The translations under genes were made by a program, and so were the position numbers. DNA of 64,000 nucleotides. It comes from Oikopleura dioica (lineage: Eukaryota; Animalia; Chordata). Positions 39,128 to 53,354 of the stretch are shown here, piece by piece (the stretch's first letter is position 1; every line of letters begins with the position of its first letter). Under the pieces are notes generated by a model, which did not search any database, was not told the DNA's origin, and saw only the letters and a program-made list of their open reading frames with translations. The stretch lies in assembly GCA_907165135.1 (NCBI GenBank), contig OU015566.1, forward strand, positions 11,904,001 to 11,968,000, written 5' to 3'.

Positions 39128-39243
39128 TTATTTCTGAAAAACATCATTCCCTGAATCAAATAATTTATTTCAAATAAATTATCTATTTATCAAAAAAATT
39201 CTTTAAAATATATTTCACAGTTTCCATACAGTAAATTTCCGAA

Positions 39244-40275
39244 TCAGAGACCAAACTCATTCTCAAAAGTTTCTTCCTTTTCTGGACTCACTGCGGTCTT
39301 ATCTTCTTCCCAATGTGCTCGCACAAAAAGAAGATATAGTAAGCCACCGATTGCTCCACCAATAAGCGGTGCCAAAAGAGGGATCCAAAAGAAGAACTCG
39401 GAGTTTGTATCTTCTATTCCGCTAAATGCAACATCGCCAAGAACCATCGCTGCGAACAATCGTGGCCCCAAATCACGAGCAGGGTTAATAGCGCCACTAA
39501 AATTCCATCATTACAAGTAAAGATTAATTTTGCTTACCCTCCATGATTTCCATAAGCGAGGCCGATGGCAGTGGCGGTGAGTCCAATCAAAAGCGGGTTG
39601 GCTGCATTAGGCATCAGATTTTTCTCGTCGGTAATTGCCGCAATCAGTGTGACCAAAATCATTGTTCCGATTATTTGGTCAAAAAACATCTCACCCTAAG
39701 AGAAATAAAAATTGTGATCAATAAAAAAACCAAACCGTTGAAAGTTTGATATCTTCTGTTGGGCAAGTTGCGAAGAGACAGACCAAATCCTAAAAAAACG
39801 ATAAAATATTTACTATGTTTTCTGATAACCTGGTTTTCGACTCCGTTATATGATTGCCCGTTGAAGACTCCGTACACGACGGAAGCTGCAAGAAACATTC
39901 CAAAAATCTGCCCAGCGACATAGATACAAAAGCCGCCTAAATTTTCGATAATCCCATTTCCAAGTCTTCCAGAAAGTGCAGCATAAGTTGTCACTGCTGG
40001 GTTCACGTGTCCTCCAGAAGATCCAACGCAAACATAAATGCCAATCGCCACACCTAGCCCGCCACAGATTGCTCCGTGAACTGAAGTTTCATGAATATTT
40101 CTTCAATAAAATCAAATCCTAACTCACCAGAACTTGTTTCACCATAGAGGCCCTGATGAGCTCCCGCGATGCCAATTACGGCCAGAAAGAAGCTTCCAAA
40201 AGTCTCTCCCAAAAATTGTCTAATCCGTTTTCGTCGAATTCTCAAAAATCGCTGAGCCAAATCCTCGATAGTCAT
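39244..40275 (-). CDS. Aquaglyceroporin (AQP3/7/9/10-like)
   Basis: QFLGETFGSFFL, SSGGHVNPAVT, second box GAINPARDLGPRLF (NPARD glycerol-channel signature) and FFWIPLLAPLIGG. Confidence 0.93.
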
Positions 40276-41600
40276 TTTTTCTTCGATTTGCAAGGCGAGC
40301 AGTTAACCCTAATATAATTATCGAGTGCCTCCTTCAGTGCGTCGTCTCCACAAATACTGCCCTGATCAAGCACCTGAGTTGTCTGAAATAGCTAATATAA
40401 AGATTATTTATCTATAAATGGTTTTTTGAAAAATTGATCTCACTACGAATTTATCCGCAAAAAAGGGCGGAAAAATACTTACAGGGTCAATTTCTGTTAT
40501 CGATTCTGAGTGAATGAGAACATGGAAACTTTCGAGATAATTTGCGCCTCTTTGCGGGCATTTAAAATTTATGAAAGGCCATTTCCGCGTTTCAGAAAAA
40601 TCTTGACCATCAGCGGAACATGACCCAGTGGCCTTGAGGTCAAAGACTGAGGTCATTAATTTTTTGTCGGGACAAATGAATTTTATTGAAATGAATATAA
40701 CCCCGTCTCGTCAAGGAGATCAGAATAGAACACTATTCCGTAACATTCCTTGTCTTGTCCAAAGTTCCCATCGCTATGGTCACGTTAAATGATTACTTTT
40801 TATGCTTGCGGTTGAAGTGGAATGGATTAGTCCTTTCTTCGAAGAGTTCGATCATCCTTCCATTCTGAAGATTCTCTTGGCATGAATAATCATCACAAGC
40901 AGAATCCAACAACGTTGACAACGATAAGAATGTAGACGTCACATGGGAAGGTTACGGACTCAGCGGAGTGAGTGTCGGGGAGTGCTGCTGCGTCCGATAG
41001 ACCCTGGGCGGCGAGTAGAATATCTCCTTCTGAACAGAGATCTTGTAAGAACACTGAACTTCTTTAAGAACCTAATAGGTGTCTGAATTGCAGAACGGAC
41101 TGAAATCATGGACATTCGTCTTAGAGAAAAAATCGCGCTTCAAAATCGAGTAAGTTCTTCTTTCGTAGTGGATCTGTAGATTTTTTTATTTGATTTTTGG
41201 TTAATAACATACATTTACTTTAACTAGGAGATCGAACAACTGAAAGAAGCATTAGGTATGAAGAGTGAACTCGCGAATATGAAGGCAATGAATTCCGAGA
41301 TGAAGCAAACTTTTGAGTACTCGAAGAAAATCATGGACGACCTCAAAATGGTGAAAATTAGATTTTTTCTTTTTTATTATTATTTGAGCGAAACCACAAG
41401 GAAGCAAACGAAAGAAAGATTGAAAGTCTTCAGTCAATTTTGATGGAAAAAAGCCGAAACGAAATCGAACTTCAGAGGAAAGAGATTGAGAGATTGGAAC
41501 TGGAACTGGGAGAGAAGATGAAGAAAAGCCAGCCAGTCACAAAAGAGGAAGAAAAAAGAATTAAAGATTTGGAAAAGCTTAGAAAAAGGTTGGGTGCGAG

Positions 41601-42839
41601 GGCAGCGCCTGGATTGCCCATTTTCCCGGATCGCCCACATCCCGGATCGCCCATTTTCTTTGATTGCCCATTGTGGGCAAAACGGGAAAATGTGCGGACC
41701 AGGAAAATGTGCGATTCAGGAATGGGCAAAACGGGATTTTCAAAAAATTCCAAAAAAACTCTTTATCCTTGAAAATTATTACCTTTTCTTCTTTTCTTGA
41801 AAATTGAACAGTCATTTATGGTACGAATATATACTGTATATATACTGAATAACAAACATACTGAATATATACTGTCAGTATATGATTACCCCAGTATATA
41901 ATATACTGCAATTAAATCAATTTGAAATCGCTAAGTAACCGTGTTTAATCCAGATCACAGAGGTGTTCCGACCGTCGAACTCTGCACAAGGGTCACTCTT
42001 TCAGAGGATCAAAATGATTATAATCAAAAAAAATAAGGAAAATTTTTTTCTGACTAAACTGTATATGCTGATTTCGAAAAAAGAGTGATTCATAAGACAG
42101 CTGTTTTAAAATCATATAAGAAAAGGATGCTCTTTCATGCAGGTTTTTATGTGGGAACTTTCATTTCTTGAAGTTACAACTATGATTTTCGGAATCTTCG
42201 CAGTCGATTCAGTAATAATTACCTTTTTCCTGACGTTTTTGATGTAAAAAATCCTGACCCTCTGAAAAAGGCTGCTCCCGCATTTCCCAAAATCCTGGAT
42301 TTCCCAAATCCTGGATTTCTCAAAATCCTGAATTTCTCAAATCGCCAAATCAGGATTCTGCCGATTCTGGATTTTGGCAGATAAGCTCGACCGTCGGAAC
42401 ACCCCTGTGATCAGGATTTTGCACGGTAACTCTGCAATTTCCCAACGAGACTCGCAGTCCCTTGCGGAGAAGGACAGTCCTGCCAGGGTGGACTTGTCAC
42501 CCGCTTGGTCCGGCCATTTTGGTCACCCGCCAGATTGCAGAGCTGACGAATTCCTCTTACCCCTACGATTTTTATTTCATTTTTAAATTCAAATTTCAAA
42601 TTGCAAATCCTGATTATTTCCTATGTGACATAGGCTATGTCACGTTATGTGCAAACTAACGTTAGAATTTCTAAACCAGCTTCTTTCATTATCAAATTTC
42701 AAATTTTCAATTGCAAATCCTTGTTTGCACTCAAATCCCGTTCCGCACATTTTCCCGTTTCGCCCACAATGGGCGATCAAGGAAAATGGGCGATCCGGGA
42801 TGTGGGCGATCCGGGAAAATGGGCAATCCAGGAGCTGCC
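41601..42839. mobile_element. Mutator/MULE-like (or foldback) non-autonomous element
   Basis: TIRs of ~100 bp starting GGCAGC, nearly identical and built from GATCGCCCA subrepeats. 9-bp TSD GGGTGCGAG at 41592-41600 and 42840-42848. Confidence 0.9.
41947..42418. mobile_element. Nested inverted-repeat element inside the MULE-like element
   Basis: 32-bp imperfect inverted repeats (41947-41978 and 42387-42418, 3 mismatches). Internal AAATCCTGGATTTC tandem repeats at ~42290-42350. Confidence 0.65.
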
Positions 42840-43659
42840 GGGTGCGAGACATGGAGCTGGCGAATATTACAAAAATGAGCGTGTTTCGGGAAGAAGTGCA
42901 ATGGACGACGATGATTTGAAAAGTGTTCTGAAGCTCCTTGCACTTGGAGAGAAGACCGTAAATCTCAAGGAAAGAGAGTTTTATTTTTAAGCGTAACTTA
43001 CGCTGCGTAAGTCAACTTCAAAATCTCTCTACAAAGCTATATTGCCATGATTACGATGTCTCGAAAGATGGATGGCGCTTGAAATTTGAAAGTTGTAAGA
43101 CCGAACTCGCGGAGGAAGACGGTTGTCTCTTCGGGAAATGTTTCGGGAATTGTTTCGGGAAATGCGAAGATTCAACCGAGGACGTCTACTATGGCAACTT
43201 TACTTTAACGATTCGAAACGAAGGTAAAATATGAAATTTTCACTTACAAAAAATTTATTTAAGAAGGCTGCCCCAAATATAGAGCCGTCGCGCAAGTTAT
43301 CAACGCGTTGACTGGAGAAGAGTCGAAACGGAAAGAAATCAAAAGCGAGGCTAATGGACGGCGACAAATCATTGAATACGATCCTGATCAGATTTTTGAC
43401 TGTACCGAGTACATAAGGTTTAACATATATTTTAAGGGCGAATAAAATTGTTTCAACGAGTTCATATTGAGTTTTATATTCAACCCCAATGCAATGGAGT
43501 CTTCCTTGATTCCTTGCAGATTTCTTACTGAATTGAACAAGCAAATGTTTCGACCAATAAATTGGTGCAAAACTGGCTAAGATCTCTTTGTTTTGCAAGT
43601 TGTCGTTTTCGATTTTCAATGAGTTTATTACAAATATATGAAAGTGTAAAAATGGGCAG

Positions 43660-44836
43660 CTATGAATAATCAATGATAGTTTTCCCGTTTTCCTTCTTGA
43701 TGTCGAGCTTTATTCCCAGTTTTCGGTATCTTTCCAGTTCATACTTTTCTTCATCGGGTATTGCCATTGCTGATGTACCAGAGCTTCCAGTTGCTGATTC
43801 TAAGGAGGTTCGTTTGGTCGACACAGGCTTTTTCTCGTCTTTTATGGGGCCTATGAAATCGGTATTCGAACAAGGCTGGAAGAAATCTGCTGGAATGAGG
43901 GATGATTTTATCCTCAACTTTGGAAAGACTCCCGAAGCGTCGAACAAGTGGTAGCCATCTTTAGTCTTGAACCGCTGCTTTCTCAGCAAAGTGACTAGTC
44001 TTGCTCGAGAAGCGATGAATTTCAGCTTCGGATCGTCGATCTCCGGCATCCATTCTTTTTTCATCACCACCATGTCTGGCTTCTGAAATCGAATAAGAAA
44101 TGAAATTGCTTTTCAAAATTTCTTACCTTTCTTTCGAGAGGTCTCTTTCTTTGAGTTTGTGAAGATCGGGAAATGGCTTCGCTGAAATCACCGTACTTCA
44201 GTCTTTTTGCTCGTTGTTTTTCCAGCTTTCCGCCGCGCCTTCCTCGAGGGGATCGTTTTTGTCTTCTTGGCTTGTACCCTTCAGGGAAAACTTCTGGGTG
44301 ATCAAGCAAGAGTTGAGTCTTCACTTTGAGAAGTGGAAAATCGCGGCTCTTGCGGAAATAGTGGTAGTCGGCTTCTACGTAGAACAACTTGTTTCTCAGC
44401 ATTTCTGACAGTCTTTTGAGGTCTCCGATGCCACTGTATTTCCCGTCTTCGCAATCGAGGGTTGTTTCTAGTGTGACCGTCTCCGGCTGTGGCTCAGGTT
44501 CAGATTTCACTGCGACCATTACAGTTTCCATGATGTGCGCCCGGCTGTCTCTGCATAAAGTTCCATCATGTTCGAATCGCTTTGGAATCAAGTTCAGCTT
44601 CGTCTTCTTAAAAGAAAGTTGTTTATCAATGAATAATTAGTATCATTTCTTACATTCGGGTTACAATCTGCCCAGATGTTCGCATTTTTCTTCGCTCTTT
44701 TGATTCTAGCCTCGGCTTTTTGCTTTTCCTCGGCAATTTTACGGGCAATTTCTTGATTCAAAATGGTCATTGCGGGATCTTCTTCTTCAGAGAACTCATC
44801 TGAGGACTCGGAAAGAACTGGATTCGTGGTCGCCAT
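43660..44836 (-). CDS. Unknown basic, probably nuclear protein, 3 exons
   Basis: Three consecutive long minus-strand ORFs are separated by short GT-AG introns. Acidic N-terminus and K/R-rich NLS-like segment (RRQKRSPRGRRGGK). No recognisable domain. Confidence 0.6.
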
Positions 44837-47800
44837 CAGAAAGGGTTGGGAACTGAAGCTGCATCCTCAGAAATCAACAGTGAGAGGATGCGATTCTAGA
44901 GACGATCAAAATTTCTTCTTAATGATTTCCTGAGAAAATCTATTTTTCTGCTTATTTGTCGACATAAAAAGAACTAGAGCCTCATTACTCAGAAAGCATA
45001 AACTCATTGACTTTGATCGCGCGTTTCAGAGTGATTTCCAAATAAAGCAACTTGGATCCTACCTAAAAGCCGATTACCGTTTTCACTAGAATGATTTGTC
45101 TTTTCCACGAAGCAATCGAAGCGCAAAGTCTTTTGGACTAATTAGGCCACCGTTGAAGCAAAAAAACTCTGGCTGTATCGGTCACTAAGTTATCCGATTA
45201 GACATAAACTGAGCCACGACTGTATGAGTTTCAAGAAAAAACAGCTGGTGAGTGTTTGCTCTAAGAAAGAGCTCAGCAGGGGCTAAACTTGTACCTGTGA
45301 ATGAAAAATCAGATCGCAGTGGGAAAAAAACAAACATTGAGAAAAGTGCACCTGATTTTCAGTAGCTGTTATTGATCTCCTGCTGTGCGATCTCGTGAAA
45401 CGATAGTCTCCCGCTGAGAATGAAATGTCGCAAGAACTCATATCATTTTCTGGACAGTATGTTTGGATAAGGTTCTTTATCCAAACAAGATTTTGTATTT
45501 TTCGATTGTGCCTCTGAAAACAGAAGGCCAAAGGTTAAAATTTGCATAAAAAGAATCTTCCCAGAACCTTTCCCGCTAATTTTCAAGTGAACCTTCTATT
45601 TATTATCATCATTCGATCAGCTCTCCTTCCGTCGGAGAAGTCGGCACTTTGTTCATTATGCTCCAAAAAGGCAAAATTAGTTCCACCTCGTCTGACTACG
45701 GCAAAAGAAAAACAGAGTGGCTTATAATAACCGAGGGTTGAGTTATCAGCCGGCTGGAACACTAACTTTTTGGGCACTTGAGTTCGCTCGGAGAAAGTCC
45801 TTTTATCACAATACCCACACTACTTGAGTCTGAATTTACCTCTCAAGTGGCCCAAATGATCAAAAAATTGGCTACAAGTGCTCGTTACAATAATTTTCTG
45901 AGAAAAGACGAATTCTGCCGCGTGGAGACGATCTCAACTTTCCCAGAACAACTGAAATCGGCAGGCTTAGGGCGGGTACATTTCATTCTGCCAAGAAAAA
46001 AAAAGGGTGACAGGTGGAGGAGGGTGCAACTTGACCTCGGAAGGGATTAAAGGTGCAGTTTTCTTGCCAAATCGAAGGGTTGAATTTGTTATTCTGGGAA
46101 CTCGCTTATCCGGATTTTGAGAAAATTTATCATTGGAGAAATTTCCATGAAAAATTTTTTACTGTCTTCCGGGAATTCTCGTACCCAGTGAAACATAGCT
46201 GAGCAAACCGAAATTTTCTAAAATAGAAGTCCCCATATTTTTTCTTTCTTGACACACCGTAAACCGCCCGTACCGTTTTTTCGTGGAAAGTTTATTTCTT
46301 TGCCGAAGAGTGGCAAAAAGAGGAGGAAGCGGAAATTCTTGCAATAGCGGAAATTGACTATTGGCTTCATGTTTTTCATGAGGAGTTAACGATCGCGTGA
46401 CCGGATGTCCCAACGCCAAGGCTTTGTCACGGGCAATTGGGCTTTCCAGTACTCCCCTCGCTGACCCTAATTCGCCTTGTAAAGGAGACATGCTCCGTGG
46501 GTTTTATCCGATCAGCAGAATAGCTTTTATGGGCAAATTACAGTTACTCAAGCCATTCGCAGAAAAAAAAATAATTTCTATGATACTGTCAAGTTTTAAA
46601 AATAGGATTTCTATTATAGAAAGAAAGAGCACAAACGGTATCACCCGCCGAAGACGTGTTGCTTTTTCGGTTTGAGCCTTTGTTTCCAGCCCTGAAAAGT
46701 GTCGACACTCACTCGAGGGGTGTTGTTCCTGACAGCTCGGTGCCCTGAGGGGCATGGGAAGGAGAAGGAGGTGGTGATAAGGCGCAATGCCCGAAAACGG
46801 ACATAGGTGTGGAGCCGTGCAAAGGGAAACTTTGAAACTTTTCCACGAATAGAAGAAAGCCGGGATTGGGAGGTTTATCAGTTGTCTGGGAAATACCAAA
46901 TAAAGAAAGCTAGAAAAATTCGCTCGTTTAAAAAAAATTGGCGAGGCATTACTTATCAAAACACGATTAAGAGTTATCATCACATCCATCATTAATTGAA
47001 AAGCTAAAACGAATTCTACAAAACCTCCTTTATGATTATTGATGTTTATAATATCCATATCGAGAAAAACGCTTTATTGGATCAGAAGCAAATTGATATT
47101 GCTCTCGGTTTTTTGTCTCAACGAAATAAAACTCCCTTGTCCCAATAATTAATCCAAACAGTCGTCCCTTTGTTGCGCAGAATAATTATCGAAATGTCGG
47201 TCAAAGGCAGCTTTTTGTGGATTAGAAAGTGGTTTACGATAAACAGTGCAATTTTCTTCAAACGGATTGAGGAGACGTAGATAGTTCCACTGGCCTGGCC
47301 CAAATTAGGACGTTGCGCAAGAAGCGACGCGCGGAGGAAGAAAGGGTTCATGTGATAAAAATCAAAATGCACAGCGGCGAAAGGGGATGAAGGCCGATTG
47401 CATAATGGATTCGGAGAAAATTAGCCGAGATTGTTCAACCAAGAATATCGCCTTTGAAAAATGATGCAGTTCAAAGCCACATCTGGCGAAGCGGTCACTT
47501 TCAAGCGTTCATCCTCTAAGGCATAAGTAATTGAGAGCTAGAAATCGGAAATCACATCTACCGACCAATCTGGACCCTTATCGACAGAAAATGTTTATGA
47601 AATGCGACTTTCAACTCGCCAGAAAATTTTGTCTGCTAGACAGTCTGACAGACAACGAAAGCACCTTTTATTTTCGCGGTTTCCTGTTTGAGAAAGTGCC
47701 ATCTTTTCCCTCCTTCCGAACTCTTTGAAAATAATGATCAAATATTTTGAGATAAACTCAGAAATAAATATTGTTTCAGCGATTTTTCTGGAGAGTACTT

Positions 47801-50193
47801 TCCTTCACTGGGGATTATATTTGTTCAGCATATCTGCTCGGCTTCCGGCATCGTCGCTGAAGGGATACAATCTCTCAGTTGGGAGCTCAGCTAAGAATAC
47901 ACGATTTTGTTTGTCCAAGGGGATGAAGAAGGCGCTGATTTTTTTTTCGGAACTGTGATTTATTGAATCTCAGATTTTCGTGATATTTGAGAAGATAATA
48001 AATCGAAGAAGCAATTTGAACAGGCTATCCTTTGGTTTGGAGGATTGAAACATGCATAAAAATTCAATTTCCTTTGAGCAAATCTGTGTCCACTTCTATC
48101 TGAGATCTCAACTTTTGAAAATCAGTGGACGCTCCTTCCGTTTTTTATTAGACGCAGACTTATCTAATAACCCTCAATTGAGGCAGTCTGGGAAAGTTAC
48201 TCTCCTTGATATTAACTAGGCCATATTGACAGTTGTCGGTTTGGCCGTGGCCCTGATTTCCGGTCCCAAATGTGACCGCCACCTGCACCTGATCAGCAGT
48301 GGCTTGCGGCTTGATTGGCATCTTATGTAATCTAGATCATCATTTTCTCTTGGCACAAAGGGAGAAAACGCATATCGGATCTTCCGGGCGGGATTTTCAC
48401 GCCAAACCAGCGAACATATCCGGCTTATGGACAGAATTCGCCCTCCAAAACAGGAAACGCGTTCAAATCCGCAGTGGAACGAGCAGCCAAATTATGCAAC
48501 CCTCGTGTTTCCCATGCGATGTCACCTTCCGGGAAATATATCGACGGAGCGTGATGCCAGGAGCTCGAATGAAAAACTTGCATCACCGAATGGGGATTAG
48601 AATGGAGTAAGTCACCAGTGGCAAAACACAAGCGAATTCGGAGGAAAGGCGGGGTGCCCGACGAGTTGCGCAAGGAGGGATTAAGAAAATATATAACTAA
48701 ACCAGCTGATGACAAAATAAGGACTCTGTTCACGTGAATCCTCGTTGATGTTAAAATTGGACATTTCTTCTTCTTAGGTAAGTTCCATCTGGCACTCGAG
48801 AATTTCGCCCGGAAAGGTAGGTTCATTCGAACTTCGCGAGGAATCAAGGTTTCTCTGCAATTATTCAATTTTACAGCTGCTATCGAAATTCCAAATTCAA
48901 AAATATTTCAAAATTGAAAGAAAAAGGCATTCCAGCTTTTCCTGAAACGTGGCTAACTCGCGTAAACAAAACACTCGAAGGGAAATAATCAAACGATAAT
49001 CTGTTTTTGCGAATTAGCATGTTGGATGAAATCATTGAAAATGATTTGCATAAACGCCGGAAATCATCTGTTTGCGCGCTCGCGAGGGATCAGCGCCGGA
49101 TCACGAGTATCCCGGTTAGGAGTTTGAATAAATTGATCACTACGTAGCAGTTTGGGGGATTTTAATCGATCAGGAAGCAATGATTGTATGTACAAGGGAT
49201 TGACGATCGATGGCGTAACGGGGCCATCAATTCTGAATTTTTGTATTTTAGGAAACATGTTCGAAAGTTGGGTTTTCGAGCTTTCGATTTTACTTTTGAC
49301 ACTTGATTTTAGATACTGATGAAAATTTTGAGCAGTAAAAATGAGGACTCCAGATTGTTGTCTGAATGAGTGACCTGGAACTTTTCGAGTGCCAGATGGA
49401 TGAATTTCGCTGGTTCTTTTCACTATTATTATTTTTCACTTGTTTCAGGATTGAAAAGTAAACCCTGCACGTCATAATTCAACCTCGACTGCTCAAAATG
49501 GCGCGTTTATGGTGGGCCACATTGTCAGAGTCGAGGTCACGCGCGCCAGATTCGGGTCAAGCTTCGTTTTGACATTGTAGCAGAAGTGATTGTCAAGAAG
49601 AAGGATAAGTGGAGATTTGGGAGCTACTCGTAAATGGATAAGCTGGGAAAGGGCATGGACGAAAATTGCAACTTTTTGTATGGTCGCTGTCAGGTCATGC
49701 CCTGCTCTTCGTAAAATTGAATAGAAGAGCTTTATTTCTGACAAAATTATCAATCTCAGTGCCAGATGAAATTGAATAAGTTGTACTCTTCTAATTTCCC
49801 TGAAAAATATCTTCTCAATCATGAGTCAATCAAATTCCTTCAATCCTTTCTTGAATCGTCTGCATTCATAAAATTTCTAGAGTCAGCGAAAACTCAGCCT
49901 TGATCCGTCTGAGCCAAAGCTCATCCTCAGCTCGAGGTCCAAATCCGCCATGATTGAGTGCCCTAATTAGTCCTTTCCCTTCTTCCAACGGGCGGCCGCG
50001 CCCAGCGCCCGTTTCCAAATCGCGCGCGCGAACACCTGATTTTTGTGGCGTTAGCGAGCTCCAGTGGCGCACTCGCGCACCCTTTATAATCGGCACTTAG
50101 CGTCGGAGAAGAATATCAAAATCAGCGAAAAGCAACCGTGAAGTGATCAAATTTGAGAACTTTTTCTTTTTCACCAAAACAAAAACTCGAAAA

Positions 50194-51252
50194 ATGAACA
50201 ACAGAAACACTCCATCAGATGAGGGCTACCAGTCTGACCCTGGCAGACCCAAGACAAGAGATTTCACCACAGAAGAACTGAAGCTGTTCGCCCGAGAGAA
50301 TAAAGCTTTCCGGGAGAAATACTTCATCGAAGAAGTTCTTACAAACTCTGCCAATGGAGTCATTTACAAAGGTAAAAACTTTTTTCTAAATTTGATTATC
50401 TTAAACTCGAAATAATCGTCTTCTTTCATAAAAATAACTTTTTTCTTAGGATATCGAGCTTCCGATCACTACAAAGTCGTCGCAAAGCAAATCCCAAAAG
50501 CAAAAGTCTTCGAATGGGGAGCAATTGGCGACCGAGTTGTTCCTACTGAAATCGAAATGCACTTCAAAGCTTCTTCTGTCGATGGAGTCGTCAAAGTCCT
50601 TGACTGGTACGAGCGAAAAACAAGGTAATTATCGATCTTTATTTTGATTGTCATCTTCCCTTTTTTAATTATAATGAGCAAATCTCTAACCTTTATCTTC
50701 AGCTTTGTTCTCGTCATGCAACGACCTTCCAACTCTTGCGATCTCTTCGACGTCTCTTCCAAGCTCGGTGCTTTGGCCGAAGATCCCACCAAAATCATCT
50801 TCTCCAATATCGTCAATTCAGTCATCTCGCTCCACCGAGCTGGCCTCGTCCACCGGGACATCAAGGACGAAAACATCCTCGTCGACCTCGAAACCCTCGA
50901 AACCAACATCATCGACTTCGGCTGTGCGACCAAGACTACTGATGCTCCGATGACTCAGCTTACCGGCACACCTGAATTCTTCGCTCCGGAGATGTACACG
51001 ACCGGAAGCTACAAAGCAGAGGAAACAGCTGTCTGGAGCCTCGGCACTCTTCTCTACTGCCTTCTCGTCGGCCAGATTCCCTTCCAGACGGACAAGCAAA
51101 TCGTCCGCCTTGAGACCTGCCAGCCCGAACTCGAAAAGAACCTCTCCGAAGACGCCAAAGATCTTCTCAAATCGCTCCTCCAGCTCAACCCCGCTCGTCG
51201 ACCAAAGCTGAAAGAAATCCTCGACCATCCTTGGTTTTTCAACTTCGCCTAA
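50194..51252 (+). CDS. PIM-like Ser/Thr kinase
   Basis: join(50194..50371,50450..50624,50703..51252): VVAKQIPK, VPTEIEM, LVMQRP (hinge proline), HRDIKDENILVD, DFG, GTPEFFAPE. TATA-like TTTATAAT at ~50082. Confidence 0.9.
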
Positions 51253-53354
51253 AAGAACATTTCTTCTTCATTCAGACCACTGTATTTTTTTCATGTCTTT
51301 TCTACCAAGATTTGGACTGTATTTATTATAAACCTTGTACATTGAAAAAATTCATTAAAATCTTCAAAAATTACTTTCTTTTTGTCTTTTTTTTTCGCAA
51401 AATTGAGCAAGCCAGAAGTATCTTACAGTAATATATTTGTAAAATATTTTGAGATTGCCCATTCAAAGTTTTTCATAGAAAATAACAGGCTTTAAATGTG
51501 ATTTGAAGGTTATGATTTCGAACAGACAGTTTTCTAGAGAGATTTCACCAAGAAAATATGCGTAGTTGTCCTAAATACAGAAGGAAAATGAGCTGAGATC
51601 GCCAGGTGAGCATGAAATCACCAGTATGGGATTTTGGTGTTTTGATTTGGCCTCTAAATTCGCAGAAGAGTAACGAGCGCGCGCGGAAATAATTGAAAAA
51701 GCAGAGTGCATAAACCCAATCGAGCATTTTGTTTTTCGAAAATTGACCAACACCAAATTTAATCACGTGCTTCCAAAATAAACCTCGAATTATACACGCT
51801 GGCCAAAGGGGCCGTTATTCCGCGAAAATGGAAAAGTCTGAACAGCTCGTGCATTACTGACAGTTTGACGGTTAATAATGTTTTGATCAAAACAAATATG
51901 GAACCTTCAGCCTTTTCTGTCTACCAGACAGTCTAAAAGTCCAAATTGTTTATCACTTAAACTTGCTAGGTGAACCTTGTTGATCTTATCCTTCAAAATT
52001 GTTGATATATTCGCTGTCAAAAGTGTTCACTGGATCATTCTATATAATGGGCCCATAATGGGTAATTGAGGCATATTTTTGAACCAATTTCACCGTTGTC
52101 AAATAATCGCCCATCTGGACGTCATAACGATAGTGTTATCGAAAAAATATAAACCTATGGACGAGAAGTATTAAACTAATCGAGCGTCACTTTTAATCGA
52201 AAGCCGATGGTGATGATTTTATTCATTTTATATTCTTCGAACGAGGAACAAACAACCTTGTAATTCGCCTGTCACGAGACTGGGAACTCTTCAAAGGGTT
52301 GAAATTTCTGAAAAAACAAGCCCGGAAGTTGCGAAAATTTTCTAGCACCGCGCCGAACCCAAAATAGTGTTACTAAACTTGGAAATCTTCAAACGCCGAT
52401 ATTTCGTCCTTGGAAAAGCCAAAAGGGCAAAAGTTTTGAAATTTCGAGGGAGGGCATTTTCTTCAAGAAAGCGTGACAATTGGAACCCTACGTAACCCAG
52501 ATCTCAGGCTAAAAATCCGAAAAACGGGGAGTATTACGGGAACAACGACGCGTGGCGATTGAGGCCACGTGATCTTAGGCGAAAGTCAAAAGAAAATTCG
52601 AAAGTTTCGCATTCGAGGTCAATCCGATTTCATAAGCGCCGTCAAGATTGATTTTTGCAGTTTGCTCGAGTTTTGATATTTCTGATTATGCCGCGTGCGC
52701 AAAAATGAAGAGCAAATTTGGGGACGTCGACGGACCCAGATTTTGGCCTTCAACTCTGGGCAGTAAAATACGGAAGGGATCAATCATCGTGAAAGTGCGT
52801 CCGCTGTCAAAACTGGCACACTTTTGCAGATATCCAAAATTGTCTCTCTGATGTCTGAACGACTGTCTACCAGACAAATTTCAAGAAATACAGGGGTAGT
52901 TTTCACTAAAAATTTCTTACTAAAAGTGCTCTTCATTCTTTCAAGATAAAATTTTATCAACGACCTGTCTGCCAGACAAACAATTCAGCCTGGCAACATT
53001 TAGGAAAAGGCACTTCACTTCCCAAAGCCATAAATTCAACCCTCACTTACCTTTTCCAAACACTTTCTGCCTATTTGAAAAAACTTGACCGCGCAAAGGT
53101 TATGCTTGGCTTTGTCCCAGGGCTGTTTGCTTCTGGCGAAAATTTTTGTAAATTTCACTTCCGGAAATTCACAGACATTCGCGATTCTTGGCAGTTTTTG
53201 AGCTCTTTTGGCACTTTTACTTCTAAGCTGAGTGCAAGGCCAAGAAACTGCATAAATAAATCAGCTATTTCTCAGGGCCGCCCTAACCCTCGTAAATCCG
53301 GAAATTGCGGACGATGCCAGGCCAAGGGCATCCGCTAAGATGATAATTCATGGG

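Larger units (their letters stand above)
41108..43445 (+). pseudogene. Coiled-coil protein with a lineage-specific C-terminal domain, interrupted by a MULE-like insertion
   Basis: Removing 41601-42839 and one TSD copy restores LEKLRKRLGARHGAGEYY...LKSVLKLLALGEKTVNLKER...GWRLKF...YRAVAQ...YIRFNIYF. This is homologous to 58390-58949. Confidence 0.7.

Noticed and set aside
44900-50100. Scattered ORFs and possible spliced fragments (e.g. minus strand 45480-45900)
   Set aside because: No recognisable domain, LTR, TIR or consistent gene model could be supported.
50818-51228. 136-aa antisense ORF over the PIM kinase
   Set aside because: Shadow ORF caused by C-ending codon bias in the kinase exon.
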